A stretch of DNA of 63,843 nt, counting the filler, from Chiloscyllium plagiosum (lineage: Eukaryota): NCBI RefSeq assembly GCF_004010195.1. It is 4 parts of one record of this genome, joined end to end, with 100 filler letters (N's around TTAATTAATTAA, not from the genome) between each part and the next. Parts side by side here need not be neighbours in the genome. Positions count along the whole stretch, not along the records: positions 1 to 24,184 come from NC_057714.1; 3 more parts are not named here. The stretch is one strand, 5' to 3'. Made by a program: the position numbers and the translations under genes. Every line of letters starts with the position of its first letter. Positions within the stretch are counted from its first letter, which is position 1. Under the pieces are notes generated by a model that did not search any database, was not told the origin of the DNA, and was given only the letters and a program-made list of their open reading frames with translations. Of this stretch, positions 1-12,859 are shown piece after piece.

Positions 1-141
1 CTGCCTTTATTCCTGATGAAGGGCTTTTGCCCGAAACGTCACGTCGATTTCGCTGCTCCTTGGATGCTGCCTGAACTGCTGTGCTCTTCCAGCACCACTA
101 ATCCAGAATCTGGTTTCCAGCATCTGCAGTCATTGTTTTTA
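1..141 (+). mobile_element. Penelope-like element 3' terminus (pLTR) with hammerhead motif
   Basis: CTGATGA-A-GGGC-TTTT-GCCC-GAAACGTC at 13-40, followed by the same tail as the Penelope copy ending at 45759; cut by the window edge. Confidence 0.8.
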
Positions 142-159
142 TCATAGAAATGTTTCCTG

Positions 160-1610
160 CCATTCCAGCAGATTGGAAAACAGCAAATGTGACACCACTG
201 ATTTAAAAAAAGGAAGTAGGCAAAAGTTGGATGTCTCTTGGCCAGTTAGTTTAACTTCTGTAGTGGGGAAAATACTTGGATCTATTATCAAGAAAGAAAT
301 AGCGAGACATCTGGTTAGAAATTATCCCATAGGGCAGACACAACATGGATTCATGAAAGGTAGGTCATGTTTAACTAATTTTCTAGTAACCTTTGAAGTC
401 ATGACAAGTGGACAATGGGGACCTAGTAGATGTGGTGTATCTGGATTTGCAGAAGGCATTCGACAAGGTGCCAAACAAAAGGCTGCTGTATAAGATAAAG
501 GTGCACAGCATTGTGGGTAATATATTAGCATGGAAAGAGGATTGGTTAACTAAAAGGAAGCAAAAAGTGGGGATAAATGGGTGTTTTTCTGGTTGGCAAT
601 CAAAGGCTAGTGATGTGCTTGGGGATCAGTGTTGGGACTGCAATTGTTTACAATTAATGTATATCATTTTGAGTTGGGGAGCAAGTGTGGTGTGTCAAAG
701 TTTGTAGATGCTACTAAAATAAGTGGTAGAGCAAAGTATGCAGAGGACACTAAAAGTCTGCAGAGGGATTTAGATAGATTAAGTGAGCGGACAAGGTCTG
801 GCAGATGTAGTACAATGTTAGTAAATGCGAGGTCATCCATTTTCGTAGGAATAACAGCAAAATGGACTGTTAGTTAATTGGTGAAAAATTGCAGCACGCT
901 GCTGTGCAGAGGGACTTGGGTGTCCTTGTGCATGAATCACAAAAAAAATTGGTTTGCAGATGTAGCAGGTAATTCAGAAGGCAAATGGAATATTGTCCTT
1001 CATTGCTGAGAGGCAATTGAGTTTAAAAGCAGGGAGGTTATTCTGCAGCTGTATAGGGTCCTGGTCAGCCACACCTGGAGCACTCTGTGTAGTTTTGGTC
1101 TTCTTACTTGAGAAAGGATGTACTGGTACCAGAGGGGTGCAGAGGAGGTTCACTCGGTTGATTCTTGAATTGAGGGGGTTGACTTATGAGGAGACATTAA
1201 GTAGACTGAGACTCATTAGAAGGATGAGGAGGCATCTTATAGAAACATATAAAATTACAAAGGGAATAGATAAGATAAAAGCAGGGAGGTTGTTTCCACT
1301 GGTGGGTGAAACTAGAACTAGGATGCACAGCCACAAAACAAGAAGGAGGACATTTAGGACTGAATTGAGGAGGAACTTCTTCACCCAAAGAGTTGTGGAT
1401 CTGCCCAGTGAAGCAGCCGAGGCTAACACGTTGAATATTTTAAAGTCAACGACAGATTGGTTTTTGAATAGGAAGGGAATTAAGGGTTGGGGGAGCAGGG
1501 GGATAGGTGGAGCCGAGTCCTGGAAAGGATCAGACATGATCTTATTGAATGGCGGAGCAGGCTCGATGGGCCAGATGGCCTACTCCTGCTCCAGTTCCTT
1601 ATTCTTATTA
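160..1610 (+). mobile_element. CR1 LINE, 5'-truncated, decayed ORF2 (RT)
   Basis: Fragments PVSLTSVVGK, QHGFMKGRSCLTN, DVVYLDLQKAFDKVP, SKFVDATK, RRNFFTQRVV; frameshifts; CR1 3' tail. Confidence 0.95.
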
Positions 1611-4034
1611 TTCTTGACTTTCTCTATCTTATTATCATCTTTGTCCTGCTCTTGGTCAGCTCTTCCAACCTTAGACTGACCCACTCCCCCCAATCACCAG
1701 TGCTCTCCCCTCTACCCTTGGCAGGAATGGACCCTCTGTTGCCCAGTTCCATTTCTCACCGCACTTACCATACGGCCCCACACTTCTTAGGGCTGACATG
1801 ACTCGAGCTTTGGGTCCCAGCCATGTCCTAACCTCCATGCAGTGCCCTCACTCAATGCACCAACTCAGCCTCCTCTCCCCAATCTAAAGAGAAGCTCCCC
1901 ACGGAAGAAACCCAGGAGACCACAGCTGTGAATCTGAAGGGGCACATTTCCAGTTTGTTGCGGACCTAATTACAAATGTACAGTTTAGTCTGGTAAGCAT
2001 GTGTTTCAGTGAGGATGCATAACATTATAATGCTTTAATAATAACTGGCTGTCATTTCCCATCAGTAACTATGAACTGCTTCCAACTTAATTCCAACTTT
2101 CATCCCATCAAACCATAAAGCATAGGCCATTCAGGCTATCAAATCATGCAACAAGGTCATGGCTGATCTGGTAATCCCCAATTAATAACAGAAAGTGCTG
2201 GAGAAACTCAGCAGGTCTGGCAGCATCTGTGGAGAGAAAAGACAGTCTGATATGATTCTTCAGAAGAACGGAGAATTCCCTGCTCCACATTTCTGCCTTT
2301 TCCCCATAAACCTTGGATTGCTGCTGTTGGGAAATTGGCATTTTGCCTCCCTCACAGTTCATGGCCACCATCCAGGTCATTTGCTGCTCCCAACAACTTC
2401 AATATGTTCGGCCTGTAATCTCAAAGATGTCAATCAGGCTATCACTCTGTCTTCCCTTTCCTGGAAAATGGGCACATATCAGACTCTGTTTTCTCTCCAC
2501 AGATATTTAATACTTCTTCATAAGGATAATAGCTCAGCTGTATCCACTTTGCACCATCTCCCTTGTCTCTACATTCTCTCTACATAATACTGAGACACCA
2601 GCAGACTGCAGTCGACCAGGTAAAACTGCAACGCTTGAAGAGATTAAACAGTTTTTTAAGTGATTCAACTGTTACAACTTCAGAGATTCTCAGAACACAT
2701 CTCATATTTCAGCGCAAAGCTGCTGATAGTTCTGCTCATTAATCTTCTCATGGAAATAAATGTACTTTACTGTTTGAACATTCTCCAAGGATTATGCATT
2801 GACATTTCATTCTCTGCAACAAATTGTGCCTGTGCTCTGTACAACAGCATCTTCCTGGAGGAGGTTTTGCACATTATTTTGTGGGGAACTCTATCCCAAG
2901 ATGCTATTTGTCTAAAATCACAGGGCTCTACATTTAAGTATTTTTTAATTAACCAGGTTGGATAGGTTGGGTGAAATCTTCCAGCCTTAAAGGGATATGG
3001 GCCAAATGCTGGCAAATGGGACTAGATTAATTTGGAATATCTGGTCAACATGGATGCGCTGGATCGAAGGATCTGTTTACCTGCTGTGCAACTCGATGGC
3101 TCTATGACTCTGAATGACATGGGCATTGGTAAGAAAGTTGGCAGAATCGCACAAGATTGGCAGTGAAGAGGTTCCCATGGTCGAGAACCAGAAATCTCAT
3201 TTCCCAACCAAGTGTTGAATGGTGAGATGGGATTCTCACTAGTGAATGGCAAGAGGTCTCCTTGTATGCGCTAGCATGCATTAATGTCGGTTTATTAAAT
3301 CATCTCACCTCATTGATGCACAGTTCCCTATTTTTCCGCCCGCTGGAGAGAAACCAGACAGCAACAGTTCCCAACATGGAAGTCAGAGCAGTGATTGGGC
3401 AACTCCTGCTCACCACCTGCTTCTCCAGACTCCATCAGTCACCAATATCCCAGAGCTCGGAGAACATAGAAGCTGCCTCTGATGATATAATGATGCTCGA
3501 TTAAGATACATTGCTGACTCCATACCAAATTGGAGATGTCTTTATTAGCCCCACTCAGAAATGCTAGAAGCTGCAAAGTCTCCAATTCCACAGGTGTTAT
3601 CTGATCTAAAAGGCCAGCTCTGTACAAAATTTGGAAACAAAATTAATCTTGAACCTGATGGAAACTAAGTCATTCATTCTCACCTCTTACTTATCACTTG
3701 ATATAATGAGTTAACTTTCCAAGTTGGACAGCTATTACATATTGTGTTCAGAAAATTAATTATTTTTGCACAAAAACTGAGTCATTGTTTTGTTCATATT
3801 TTTGGAAGAAATTTTCGGATTTTTCTCCTGCAGCTCCACTTGTTTGATGAAAATACCAGGGGCAGTAACTGTAGCTCTACCCCATAACTGGGAAGACTGA
3901 GGCCAATGGGCCTTCATTTCTGGGAAAATAAAACATTCACCCCAAATGTAGCAATAACACTGGTAAAAATATTCAAAACATAAGGCCCCTGGTTGTTTAT
4001 CTCCTACAGCCTCTCTGACTTGTCCTCGCACCAT

Positions 4035-4940
4035 GAGTTACATCAATGGAGTTGAGGTAGAGATGGTCAAGAGTGTCAAGTTCCGAGGAGTGACAATCGC
4101 CAACAAACTGTCCTGGTCCACCCACATTGATGTCATGGTCAAGAAAGCACAAAAATGCCTCTACTTCCTCTGGTGGACAAGCAGGAGGCTGGAAGAATGC
4201 AACGAGCCAGGCAGCATCAAGAGGTGGAGACGTCAACGTTTCAGGTGTAACCTGAAGAAGGGTTATACCCGAAACATTGACTTCTCCACCTCCTGATGCT
4301 GCCTGGCTTGCTGTGTTCTTCCAGCCTCCTGCCGGTCCCTCCTGATGCTGCCTGGCTTGCTGTGTTCTTCCAGCCTCCTGACTGTCTACCTTGGATTCCA
4401 GCATCTGCAGTTTTGTTGTCTCTGTTTCCTCTGGAGGTGAAGGAAGTTTGGCATGTCCATTATCAATTTTATATAGTAGCACCATAAAAAGTATTCTAAT
4501 GGGATGCATCTCAGCTTGGTGTGGCAATTGCTCTGCCCAGGAGTATAAGAAACTACAGAGAGTTGTGAATACAGCCCAGTCAACCTTCCATCCATTGACT
4601 CTGTCTGCACTTCTTACTGCCTTGGGAAGGCAGCCAACATCATCAAAGACCCCTCCCACCCCAGTTACAAACTCTTCCAATCTCTTCCATTAGGCAGAAG
4701 AGTTAAACACACGTACTAACAGATTCAAGAACAGCTTCTTCCCCACTGTAGTAGATTTCTGAATGGACCTATCACATTTCAAATTTAATGTTGACCTCAC
4801 TCTTTCTGCATTTTCTATGCAGCCGTAACATTGTATTAACCTTATGCACTTGTATGCTATGATATGCCTGTACTAAATGCAAAACACCACTTTTCACTGT
4901 ACTCAGGTACATGTCATAATAATAAATCATATCAAATCAA
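4035..4940 (+). mobile_element. Rex1/Babar LINE 3' fragment, interrupted at 4174-4425
   Basis: LSWSTHIDVMVKKAQKCLYFL and SILMGCISAWCGNCSAQEYKKLQRVV motifs; AATAAA plus (ATCAA)-like tail. Confidence 0.85.
4174..4425. mobile_element. Short Penelope-terminus insertion (inverted arrangement, hammerhead motif)
   Basis: TSD TTCCTCTGG at 4165-4173 and 4426-4434; CTGAAGA-A-GGGT-TAT-ACCC-GAAAC starting 4252; internal ~43 bp duplication. Confidence 0.8.
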
Positions 4941-5614
4941 TCACATATGGCTTTTGCTTCCACTTTTAAAAGTGGGAAGTTGAATAAATTGGACTGCATT
5001 TTACTCATGTACTCTAAAGAACAAAGCAGCTTTCTCAAGACCTCACTTGATAAACAGGATTGACGTCTTCTCCTTCACAGGAGATGCAGTTCTATTAGAA
5101 ATGTTCTGGTTGAGTATTAGGGAGACAGAGTGAACCCATCGTACAATTAGGCAGCGTTCCCAGCTTGTTTATCTCAAAGCAAAAAACTTGCTTCCTTCAG
5201 GTGGTGTGATCCTGCTACAATTTGCCTTTGACATTACGAAGAGCTTCTAGGTGGACTGGACATGGTTAAAGGATAAAACAAGATCTTTAAAACCAATAAT
5301 GAGAAGTAATTAGTCATGGCCAATTTCATTCAGGCATGGGGTTTTATCGCTGTTCCATTCTACATGGGTTCATTTGTTGACATGTCGGATTTACGGATTC
5401 ACAGTAAGACCACAAGCACATTTCAAAGCAAATATTTCAATTATTAGAATTGTGGATGGAAAGCTCTATGAGTGGAGTGAGGCTGTCAGATGACGAGTGT
5501 GTGGCCATTGTGATGTGCAAACCTGTGACCTTCTTTATCCAGACTCCTGCAGCTAGATAAGCTCAGGACTAGATAAAAAATGCAACGGGAGAAAAACATA
5601 GAGAATTATGCTGA

Positions 5615-5850
5615 TAGGATGAGGTAATGTGGGGTGGATGCAGGATGAGGTAATGAGAGGTGAGGGAGGATGGTATAAAGAGGGGTGGATTGAGGATGGG
5701 ATAAAGAGGGGTGGATGGAGGATGAGGTAATGAGGGTTGATGCAGAATGAGGTAATGAGGGGTGGATGGAGGATGAGGTAATGAGGGGTGGATGGCAGAC
5801 AGTTGATTTGGTTCTGTCCCGTCCATGCTAGGGGCTAGGAGGGAGAGGGA

Positions 5851-5897
<47 letters not shown>
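5615..5897. repeat. Purine-rich GGATGAGGTAATGAGGGGT-type minisatellite followed by (GA)n
   Basis: Repeated GGATGAGGTAATG units; GA run at ~5841-5897. Confidence 0.85.
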
Positions 5898-6801
5898 GTA
5901 GCTGAGAATGCTCGAATGAAGGAGTATGGTTTAAGCTTCTTCAAGGTAATTGGCAAATGAGGACTTGTGAGCACTCTTGCACTGAGAGTAGGGTGAAGAA
6001 TTACCACTGTGATTATGGCTTTAAGAGAATGAAGAGTACAGCAGCTAGGAGTAAGAGAGAAGTGACAGACCACTGCCCTTTTGAAACATTTCCCCTCCTT
6101 TCTGCAGTGTTTCATCAGTCCTGTATGTGAGTTAGCTGGGAACCAGTCTGGTCTCAGTTGAGTGCAGGCAGTATAATGTATGTTAGTATTTGGCTTGATG
6201 AAAGGAAGACCGAGAATCAAGAGGCTCCAACCTTGTTCAACTTGCAGGAAGAACAAAGGGACATGTTCATCCTTTTAAGACTGTTCATTATATAGATTCT
6301 GGCTCCACCTTAACTCCACGTGCGTGCCTTATTTCTGTAGCCTGTAACACCTTGCACAGACCGATCAGTCTCAGTTCTGAAATGTTTACTTGACACAGCC
6401 TTAATAGCTGTTTAACCAGGCAAGTCCCACATTCTCCTTGTCACTATTATGGATAGGAACTGTTCGACATCACTTCTGAAAGTTCTCTCTTAATTTGAAA
6501 TTACTTCATGAAAAGAAAAAAAAAAATTCTGGTTTGGTTGCATTTTGAATACTATCTGGAAACCCTTTGGGTAATTACTTTGGGAAAGTTTCTGTCTACC
6601 TACATGACGCAAATCTAGAGAATGCCTCTTAATGTTTCCAAAACACTCTCAGGAAGTACCTGCATACCCCTGTCAGTACGACCAAGGGTGTCACTCCATC
6701 CCATTCACTCACTTATCATGCTTATGAGTGCAGTGCCATTTCACAATATGCGTATGCGCAGTTTCTGCGTGTGAAATGTGAATCTTTTGGGAGGGTCAAG
6801 A

Positions 6802-7066
6802 GGCTGGCAGGGTGGCTCAGTGGTTAGAATTGCAGCCTCACAGCGCCAGGGACTGATTTGATTTGATTCCAGCCTCGGGTGACTTTCTGTGTGGAGTTTG
6901 CACAGTCTATCTGGGTTTGCTCTGATTTCCTCCCACAGTCCAAAGGTTGGGTGGATCAACCACGCTAAATGTGGGCTTGTAGAGGAGCTGGGTCTGGGTG
7001 GATGCTCTTTTGAAGGTCAGTGCAGCCTCAATGGGTTGAATGACTTCTTTGCAGACTGTAGAGATT
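6802..7066 (+). mobile_element. HE1-like tRNA-derived SINE (V-SINE)
   Basis: A box TGGCTCAGTGG, degenerate B box, TGTGTGGAGTTTGCAC core, CR1-like tail. Confidence 0.85.
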
Positions 7067-7094
7067 TGAAGCTTAATAGAGCCTGAGAGAAAGG

Positions 7095-7285
7095 ATATAG
7101 GAATTATTCCTGGGGTCCTGACCAATATTTATCCTTCAAGTCAACAGCACAAACAGCAGATTATCTGGTCTGGATGCAAATTACCGCCATGTTTTCCATA
7201 TTCCATTAGCAACTACAGTTCACATAAGCCTTTCATTGGTTGGAAAGTGCTTTAAGATATCTGACGGCCACAAGAAGTACTATAG
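7095..7285 (+). mobile_element. Deu-domain SINE (SacSINE1-like) fragment
   Basis: CCTGACCAATATTTATCC...AGATTATCTGGTC...CATTGG; tail resumes at ~7655 after a Penelope fragment. Confidence 0.6.
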
Positions 7286-7289
7286 AACT

Positions 7290-7648
7290 TCTCCAGTTTC
7301 CTAATCTCCCCTCCTCCCCACCTCATCCCAGATCAACCCTCCAACTTGGCATCGCTCTTTTGACTTGTCCTACCTGTTCATCTTCCTTCCCATCTACCCA
7401 CTCCACCCTCCCCTCTGACCTATCACTATCACCCCCCCCAACTGCATCTACCTATCGCCTTCCCAGCTACCTCACCCCAGCCCCACCCCAACCCTCCTAT
7501 TTATCTCTCAGTATCCTTCACCCTGATGAAGAGCTTGGGCCTGAAACATTGACTCTCCTGCTCCTCGGATGCTGCCTGGCCTGCTGTGCTTTTCCAGCAC
7601 CACACTTTTCGACTCTGAACCCCAGCATCTGCAGTCCTCATTTTCTCC
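7290..7648 (+). mobile_element. Penelope-like element 3' UTR and pLTR fragment
   Basis: Matches the 47945-48289 end of the longer Penelope copy; CTGATGA...GAAAC at ~7523-7547. Confidence 0.8.
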
Positions 7649-8254
7649 TAGTCAATATAACTGCAAGTCTTTCTTTATTTTTCCTTAGTACAAGACTTGT
7701 TTATGCAGCGTGCCCTGTACTTTAATTCTTTTAGTCTCAGAATCACTTTGGGTGCATTTCAATTGCACTAATTATATTCAGTGCACACTCTCTTTGTAAC
7801 TTAATTCTTGGGGTTGATTTTCATACCAGTAAATCTCAGTTGCCCTCCCTCCACGGCCAATAAATATTGTACCTGTGGTGCCTGGAACCGAGAGCATTGA
7901 ATCATGGGATCATAGAATCATACAGTACAAAAGAGGCCCTTTGGCCCATTAGGTTTGTACCTCCAAAAATATACTACTACTTGTCCCACTTCCCCACACT
8001 AGGCCCACAGTCTCGAATGTTGTGACACATCAAGGCTCATTCATGTGGGGAGAAAGTAGATGATAGGTGGAGTGAGAGTGCAGAGAGAAAGAGAACTGCA
8101 GTTGGTCAGACAAAGGGATGGTTAATGGTGAGTCAGGCAGGAAAAAATGTTGATAATCACAATTGTTAGTGAATGAAAATGGATTGGCTGCAATGGAAGT
8201 CATGACAGGGTCAGGGGTATGGGGGTGGATAAATGACATCGGGGAGGGGATGAC

Positions 8255-8700
8255 CTAGAGGTATTATCACTAGACTGTAAATCCAGAGAGGGGCTTGTGC
8301 CCGAAGCGTTGATTCTCCTGTTCCCTGGATGCTGCCTGACCTGCTGCGCTTTTCCAGCAACACATTTCCAGCTCTGATCTCCAGCATCTGCAGACCTCAC
8401 TTTCTCCTGTAAATCCAGAGACCCCAGCAATGTTCTGTTGAGCCAGGTTTGCACGGATGGTGATTACTTAAAATAAAACTGGAAATAAGAGTCTAATGAT
8501 GACCATGAAACCATTGTCGATTGTTGGGAAAACCCCACCTGATTCACTAACGTCCTTTGAGGGAGGAAACTGCCATCCTTACCTGATCTGGCCTACATGT
8601 GACTCCAGACCCACAACAATGTGGTTAACTCTTAATAGCCCTCAGGCAATTAGGGATGGGCAGTAAATGCTGGTCTACATCCTACAAATGAATAAAAATA
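8255..8700 (+). mobile_element. tRNA-derived SINE family 2, with a pLTR insertion at 8290-8406
   Basis: Shared body CTAATGATGACCATGAAACC...GTGACTCCAGACCCACA, also at 37935-38295 (-) and 36290-36470; insertion TSD CTGTAAATCCAGAGA at 8275-8289 and 8407-8421. Confidence 0.75.
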
Positions 8701-9564
8701 AATAGGAGGAGGAGCTATTGAACTTGGTATTGAGTCCTGAAGGCTACAGGCTTCCTAAGTGGAAAATGTGATTGCTGTTTATTCGGTTCAAAGTGGATGA
8801 GCGTCACCTTTCCCTGCACTGCATGCCACTTTTGTATTTTATCTCACTAACTTGAATTGATGTCCCCTTGCAAGTTTCTGCTCCCGTCCATGTTAGTTAC
8901 TCTGCTTCTGTGTCATCTTCAATGAATGGTTCTCTCTGTCCTCAGCCAACCTGTTGTTAAATGCGGTGAAAGCTACAGCCACAGTCCAGCTCCCAGGAAA
9001 TATCACTAATCACATTCTGCCAATCTACAAGCAGAGCAGTTATCCCACTTTTCTGTTCTTCTACCTCGCTTCTAGAACTAAGGGCCATCATTTAAAAATA
9101 AGGAATCACCCATTTAAGACAGAGATGAGGAAACATTTTTCCTTTGAGAGGGGTGAGTGTCTTTAGAATTCCCTTTCTCAAAAGGCAGTGGACACAAAAA
9201 CTTTAGATAACTTTAAGGTAAATGGATTCTTGATGACCAATGGGAGGAAAGAGTTTCGGGTATGGAGAGGTTTTTGAATGCAAGAACGCAGAGTTGAGGT
9301 TAAAATCAGATCAGCCTCAGTCTTATTGAATGGCAGACAGGCTCAAAGGGCCGTATGGCCTACTCTTGTTCCTTATTTGTGAGTTCACATTCCCTCCCAA
9401 GCAATCCCCTGTCCATGCTAAAGGGTTGGCTCCAACTCCATTCACTCTTGTTTTTGTGAGATGTGTCTTCTGGAAATCCAAATAAATAATAATCATGGAC
9501 ACTCCCTTAACAAGCAGCTACCTTCTCAAACGTAGGTGGTGAAACTTTGGTAGTACATCCAGTA

Positions 9565-10408
9565 CATAGAACATAACAGCGCAGTACAGGCCCTTCGGCC
9601 CTCGATGTTGTGCTGACCAGTCATACCAATCTGAAGCCCACCTCACCTACACTATTCCATGTACATCCATATGCTTGTCCAATGACGACTTAAATGTACT
9701 TAAAGTTGGTGAATCTACCACCGTTGCAGGCAAAGCATTCCATACCCTTACTACTCTCTGAGTAAAGAAACTACCTCTGACATCTGTCCTATATCTATCA
9801 CCCCTCAATTTAAAGCTATGCCCCCTCGTGCTCACCATCACCATACTTGGAAAAAGGCTCTCCTTGTCCACCCTATCTAACCCTCTGATTATCTTATATG
9901 TCTCTATTAAGTNNNNNNNNNNNNNNNNNNNNNNNNNNNNNNNNNNNNNNNNNNNNNNNNNNNNNNNNNNNNNNNNNNNNNNNNNNNNNNNNNNNNNNNN
10001 NNNNACTCTGACCAAAGTGAATCACCTCACACTCGTCCGCATTAAACTCCATTTGCCACCTCTCAGCCCAGCTCTGCAGCTTATCTATGTCTCTCTGTAA
10101 CCTACAACATCCTTCGTCACTATCCACAACTCCACCGACCTTAGTGTTGTCTGCAAATTTACTAACCCACCCTTCTACACCCTCATCCAGGTCGTTTATA
10201 AAAATGATGAACAGCAGTGGATCCAATACCGACCCTTGCAGTATGCCACTGGTAACTGGACTCCAAGATGAATATTTCCCATCAACCACTCTGTCTTCTT
10301 TCAGCAAGCCAATTACTGATCCAAACTGCTATATCTCCCACAATCCCATTCTTCTGCATTTTGTACAATAGCCTACTGTGGGGAACCTTATCGAATGCCT
10401 TGCTGAAG
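9565..10408 (-). mobile_element. CR1 LINE 3' fragment (contains N gap)
   Basis: [43 protein letters not shown]. Confidence 0.95.
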
Positions 10409-10409
10409 T

Positions 10410-11600
10410 AAACCCCTTTGCGTTCAAGACAAGGGAGGAACAAGGTTATGTCATAGCTTCAGCTCCTTTATTCAATCTCCCCACCTGGTATTTTCATCTG
10501 ACAACAGATGAGCTTTCCAATGGAGCGCAGCTTACTTAGAGAATGGTCAGTAGATCACTTAATCTCGGATGACCCCAGTCAAAGCCTAAGACTACCATGA
10601 CTTCAGTCATTGAGCTCCAATACACTGATGATATTGTGTTGTGTTGTGTTGGATTTCTGAGGATTGCCAATGCATTTATCGAGGTTTGTGAGAAGAGGTC
10701 ACTTGTACTCAACTATCTGAAGAGCAGCACCTTCCATCTTCCTTCGGATTCCAAGTGCACATGCCCCAGCCCTAGCCCCATTGATTATGATTCATGAGGA
10801 ATGCTTGGAAAAATATGGAACATTTCCAGTATCTGGGAAGTTATATTTTGCAGACGGTTGATATTGACGACAAATATCCAGCACTGCCTGAAATTGCTGG
10901 TGGAAGTTTTGATCACAAAGCTTTTCACTGTCCCTCGGTACACGTGACAATAAATCCAATTCAACTCACCCAAGGAAGGAGATGGTATGAAGATTGTAGT
11001 CTCAATATTGAAGCAAGCTAATGGTCTACCATAAGGTTGTGACTCACCTTACAGTATGGGTCTGAAAGGTGTATGAGAAGCACAACAAAGCATTGGATTC
11101 AGACCATCAATGTTGTCTGCCGAAGATGCGGCAAATCAAGCCGGGGGACTGATACACCAAAATCCACACCCTCTCACAAGTAGGTACCTCAAGTTGATGA
11201 TCATCTCCAATCAGCTTTGTAGGGTTTGTCACACAGTCTGAACATTAGATCCCAGGGTCTGAAAGCAGGACTCCTTCTCCCAGCTCAGTCAGGGCAAGAG
11301 GACAGATGAAACGCTGCCAGGGTGTGTTACTAAACAACACGAGGCAATGCAAGATTGGCATCAACTCCTGGGAACCCATCGTCCGAGATCAAGATGAGTC
11401 ACGGGTAGGATCGAAGCATTTTCAGACCCAATGACGAGAAAGGTAGAGCATGAGCAAGAGTGGTGACAAGAACAAGCCGTGACTCAACTCATATATTATA
11501 TGACCAGACATCCCACATGACAACAATTGTGGTAATCAGTTGCAGAACCCGAATTGGCCCCAATGTCCATCTCCGGAAGTCAGTCATCGAGGGACAACAA
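10410..11600 (+). mobile_element. Highly decayed RTE-clade LINE (RT and 3' end)
   Basis: TSVIELQYTDD (YADD motif) and EHFQYLGSYILQTVDIDD resemble RTE RT motifs; degenerate QG.VI box upstream. Confidence 0.75.
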
Positions 11601-11764
11601 AAAATAGTTAACTCCAGAAAAAAGTCATTTTGTCTTATTAGATAAATTCATCCTGGATCTTGCTGATCAGCTTACATTTATCCAAATTACTCAATGTTCC
11701 TCATGACAAAATTCAAGTATATTCTCCACAACTATGAGGAGTTATTAGTTAGGTAGGAAGTTAT

Positions 11765-12200
11765 ATTAGTTATGGAGAGAGATTGAGCAGACTGGGGTTG
11801 GTTTCCTTAAAGCAGAGGAGGCTGAGGGAGGAGGGGTGGCATGACTGAAATGTGTAAAGTTAAGAGGTGCATGGATAGGGTGACAGGAAGGGTTTTTCCA
11901 GTTGATGGAGGGATCAATAACTGGGGGCATTGATTTAAGGTAAGAGCAGGAGGTTTAGACAAAATGTGAAGAAAAGCCTTTCTCACCTAGAGGAAGGTGG
12001 GAATCTCGAACTTCCTGCCTGGAAGGAGCAGAATCCCCTTCAAACGTTTAAGAAGCATTTAGATGTGCACTTGTCATACTAAGGCACACATACCGACCAG
12101 GTGCTGGTACATGGGATTAGAATAGTTAGGTTGCTGTCTTTGACTGGGACAACTTGATGGGCCAAAGGGCCATTTTCTGTGCTGTGGGATCGCCACGACT
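11765..12200 (+). mobile_element. Old CR1 LINE 3' fragment
   Basis: Similar to the 3' end of other CR1 copies in the window. Confidence 0.75.
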
Positions 12201-12859
12201 CTTATTACATTAACTGATAGTGTGCTCAAAATGCCCCTTTTCTCTCCATTGCTTTGCTTACTAAGAGGGATAGAAAGTCTTCATCAGAAAGGCGGTTGTA
12301 TTTCTTTCAACAGCTGTCTGGGCACACTGCCCAGTGAGCACAGCTGGCAACTTAATGGGTAAGATATCGTCACACTGAACTGATGCTTGGAATGGCAGAT
12401 GTATAAACTTATTCAGCTCACATTGCCAACAAAACCATTTTCTCACTTGCTGTGGGACAGAGTCCTGCTAGTACCTGGCATCTGCAGATTGTTTTTGAAG
12501 TGATGCACGCTTGATGTGCAGAAGCTTCCTGGGGAATGGGGTTAGGAAGGGGTCACCAACTTACACAGTGTATTCACACAGTTTACACCAGAGCAGCAAG
12601 CTAAGGTAATTAACCGTGGTCCACAAGGGAACATAGGCATCTCCCTCTCTCCCTGTTAGACAGAATGCTATGTTGGTATGCTTTCTATGATGCATGAATA
12701 ATCACAATTCAAGCTGCCCGAGAGAGTCACCTGGTCTAGTCTGGCTCCTACAATAATGTACTTCTGCAGTCACAGAAAGAAGGGTTTCTGCAATTGGAGG
12801 ACACCATTCCACATCAGACGTGGAGTAGGCAATGTTGCAGGCCTCCAACACCTACCACA

